NCBI GenBank assembly: GCA_046563655.1
Contig: CM102287.1
Coordinates: 1,674,001-1,738,000 of the forward strand
DNA from: Yuukianura sp. NJ FZ-2021
Lineage: Eukaryota
Reading direction: 5' to 3'
Length of the DNA stretch: 64,000 bases
The translations under genes and the position numbers were made by a program. The notes under the pieces were generated by a model, which made no database searches, had not been told where the DNA came from, and was given only the letters and a program-made list of their open reading frames with translations. Below, piece after piece: positions 60,721 to 64,000 of the stretch (positions are counted from its first letter, which is position 1; every line of letters begins with the position of its first letter).

Positions 60721-63700
60721 CTTCGGTTTTGCCACGATGAGGATTCCAGTTTTCTCAGGGTGAATTGTGAATCCGTTTTTTTGTGAATCCGTTGTGAATT
60801 GTGATTCAACATAGCCCAGAATGACTTCTTTGTCACTTTTTTTGCGAAAAAATTGAATTTTTTGCGAAAAAATTGAATTTTTTCACCAAAAATTGAGTTC
60901 TAGGCACTTTATGTGGTGATCGGACTTAAATTTTCGGATTGCAAAATTGTGATCCAACATAGCCCAGAATGACTCCTTTGTCACTTTTTTTGCGAAAAAA
61001 TTGAATTTTTTCACCAAAAATTGAGTTCTAGGCACTTTATGTGGTGATCGGACTTAAATTTTCGGATTGTAATATTGTGATCCAACATAGCCCAGAATGA
61101 CTTATTTGTCCCTTTTTGGTGAAAAAATTGAATTTTTTCACCAAAAATTGAGTTCTAGGCACTTTATGTGGTGATCGGACTCAAATTTTCGGATTGCAAA
61201 ATTGTGATCCAACATAGCCCAGAATGACTCCTTTGTCACTTTTTTTTGCGAAAAATTGAATTTTTTCACCAAAAATTTAGTTCTAGGCACTTTATGTGGT
61301 GATCGGACTCAAATTTTCGGATTGCAAAATTGTTGTTGTTGTTGTTTAGTTTATTTTCCTATTCCGGACAGGTTTTTAAAAATAAACAGTTGTATACTGT
61401 CATTAGGTTAAGTGTTTAAAATTGTTTTCAATCAGTCAATTCGATTAATTAGTAATAGTTGAGCATTATTTTGATAATGAAAATGAAAATCATTTGATAA
61501 TAGTAAACATCAAAGGTAAAAAGGTAAAAAGAAAGTAAAAATGAGAGAGAAAAAAAAGAGAAACATTAAATGAACTTCCTACTAGGTTGCTTGTTGTTTT
61601 CTTTCGTGAGGACGTCATTTTCTTGTATCTTCAGAAACTGTTTGTGTATGGCCACTTTGAACGCTCCTTTAGTTTTGAGTTCCCTCGTTGCTTTTGGCAA
61701 GTAACCCCATAGTAGTTTCGTTTTTGATTTAAAAGAATTAGGAGTGATTGTTGCGTTCCTGGAGTGAATCATTTTTCGTGTTCTTAAGCCGGCTTCTTCT
61801 TCTGTGTCGTGCAAGTATTTCTCAAAATATGGAATGCTACGGTTGTTGAGGATATCAAATGCATGAAGTAGTACCATCATGTTGTGTTGATGAGTAGGGA
61901 AGAGCCAACCAAGTTCCTTTGTGATCCGTAATTTCACTTTGTCGTATTTCTTGCTCTTGAGAATAAAGTGACCCGCCGTGCGTACTATTTTTCCGCTGAT
62001 TTCAATTGTACTTTAGTTGCGCTACCCCATATTTCACCCATGTACCAAAGTTTAGACAAAACGTAAGATGTCATCAGAGTTTTTCGGTTGTCTTGTGTAA
62101 GAAGTCTTTGCATAGGGTAGAGTGAGAATATGATTTTTAAACATTTCTTTGTTGTGTTCATGATATGTGAATCCCACTTCAAGCAACCGTCTATGTTAAG
62201 GCCGAGGCTGGTGAGTGTTTCTGTTGTTCCGACTGTTACATTCTGAAATTGAAACTGCACTCCTTGAATTATATTCCTTATCTTCGGTTTTGCCACGATG
62301 AGGATTCCAGTTTTCTCAGGGTGAATTGTGAATCCGTTTTTTTGTGAATCCGTTGTGAATTGTGATCCAACATAGCCCAGAATGACTCCTTTGTCACTTT
62401 TTTTGCGAAAAAATTGAATTTTTTCACCAAAAATTGAGTTCTAGGCACTTTATGTGGTGATCGGACTTAAATTTTCGGATTGCAATATTGTGATCCACCA
62501 TAGCCCAGAATGACTCCTTTGTCACTTTTTTTGCGAAAAAATTGAATTTTTTCACCAAAAATTGAGTTCTAGGCACTTTATGTGGTGATCGGACTCAAAT
62601 TTTCGGATTGCAAAATTGTGATCCAACATAGCCCAGAATGACTCCTTTGTCACTTTTTTTTGCGAAAAAATTGAATTTTTTCACCAAAAATTTAGTTCTA
62701 GGCACTTTATGTGGTGATCGGACTCAAATTTTCGGATTGCAAAATTGTGATCCAACATAGCCCAGAATGACTCCTTTGTCACTTTTTTTTGCGAAAAAAT
62801 TGAATTTTTTCACCAAAAATTGAGTTCTAGGCACTTTATGTGGTGATCGGACTTAAATTTTCGGATTGCAATATTGTGATCCACCATAGCCCAGAATGAC
62901 TCCTTTGTCACTTTTTTTGCGAAAAAATTGAATTTTTTCACCAAAAATTGAGTTCTAGGCACTTTATGTGGTGATCGGACTCAAATTTTCGGATTGCAAA
63001 ATTGTTGTTGTTGTTGTTTAGTTTATTTTCCTATTCCGGATAGGTTTTTAAAAATAAACAGTTGTATACTGTCATTAGGTTAAGTGTTTAAAATTGTTTT
63101 CAATCAGTCAATTCGATTAATTAGTAATAGTTGAGCATTATTTTGATAATGAAAATGAAAATCATTTGATAATAGTACACATCAAAGGTAAAAAGGTAAA
63201 AAGAAAGTAAAAATGAGAGAGAAAAAAAAAGAGAAACATTAAATGAACTTCCTACTAGGTTGCTTGTTGTTTTCTTTCGTGAGGACGTCATTTTCTTGTA
63301 TCTTCAGAAACTGTTTGTGTATGGCCGCTTTGAACCTCCTTTAGTTTTGAGTTCCGTCGTTGCTTTTGGCAAGTAACCCCATAGTAGTTTCGTTTTTGAT
63401 TTAAAAGGATTAGGAGTGATTGTTGTGTTCCTGGAGTGAATCATTTTTCGTGTTCTTAAGCCGGCTTCTTCTTCGGTGTCGTGCAAGTATTTCTCAAAAT
63501 ATGGAATGCTACGGTTGTTGAGGATATCAAATGCATGAAGTAGTACCATCATGCTGTGTTGATGAGTAGGGAAGAGCCACCCAAGTTCCTTTGTGATCCG
63601 TAATTTCACTTTGTCGTATTTCTTGCTCTTGAGAATAAAGTGACCCGCCGTGCGTACTAATTTTTCCGCTGATTTCAATTGTACTTTAGTTGCGCTACCC

Positions 63701-64000
63701 CATATTTCAGCCATGTACCAAAGTTTAGACAAAACGTACGATGTCATCAGAGTTTTTCGGTTGTCTTGTGTAAGAAGTCTTTGCATAGGGTAGAGTGAGA
63801 ATATGATTTTGAAACATTTCTTCGTTGTGTTCGTGATATGTGAATCCCACTTCAAGCAACCGTCTATGTTAAGGCCGAGGCTGGTGAGTGTTTCTGTTGT
63901 TCCGACTGTTACATTCTGAAATTGAAACTGCACTCCTTGAATTATATTCCTTATCTTCGGTTTTGCCACGATGAGGATTCCAGTTTTCTCAGGGTGAATT
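60721..64000. repeat. Composite satellite/LINE array resumes: remainder of copy 26 (60721-60796), copy 27 (~61332-62357) and copy 28 (~63004 to window end)
   Basis: Same monomer and LINE fragment, with a few more private substitutions than the upstream copies. Confidence 0.96.

Overview
Eukaryotic, AT-rich, heterochromatin-like window with no ordinary host gene. About 48 kb (2104-47319 and 60721-64000) is a composite tandem array. Runs of a ~128-bp satellite alternate with 28 near-identical copies of a ~1.0-kb 5'-truncated non-LTR retrotransposon fragment (L2/CR1-group-like, minus strand). Three younger elements are inserted in the array. (1) The 3' end of a probable LTR element (1-2103) carries an intronless Rrp6/EXOSC10-like DEDDy exonuclease-HRDC-zinc-knuckle ORF. 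(2) A ~960-bp DINE-1/Helentron-type non-autonomous element lies at 2333-3295. (3) A 13.4-kb Ty3/gypsy block (47320-60720, CTTC duplication at the junctions) holds a nested second Ty3/gypsy element (~53300-58623). The nested element has intact gag, a decayed pol and a second, highly diverged Rrp6-like ORF of the same architecture next to its 3' LTR. The main candidate novelty is a lineage of LTR retrotransposons carrying a captured nuclear-exosome-type exonuclease fused to a CCHC knuckle, with the LTR poly(A) signal sequestered in a hairpin. All calls come from reading motifs by eye; no database searches or alignments were run.
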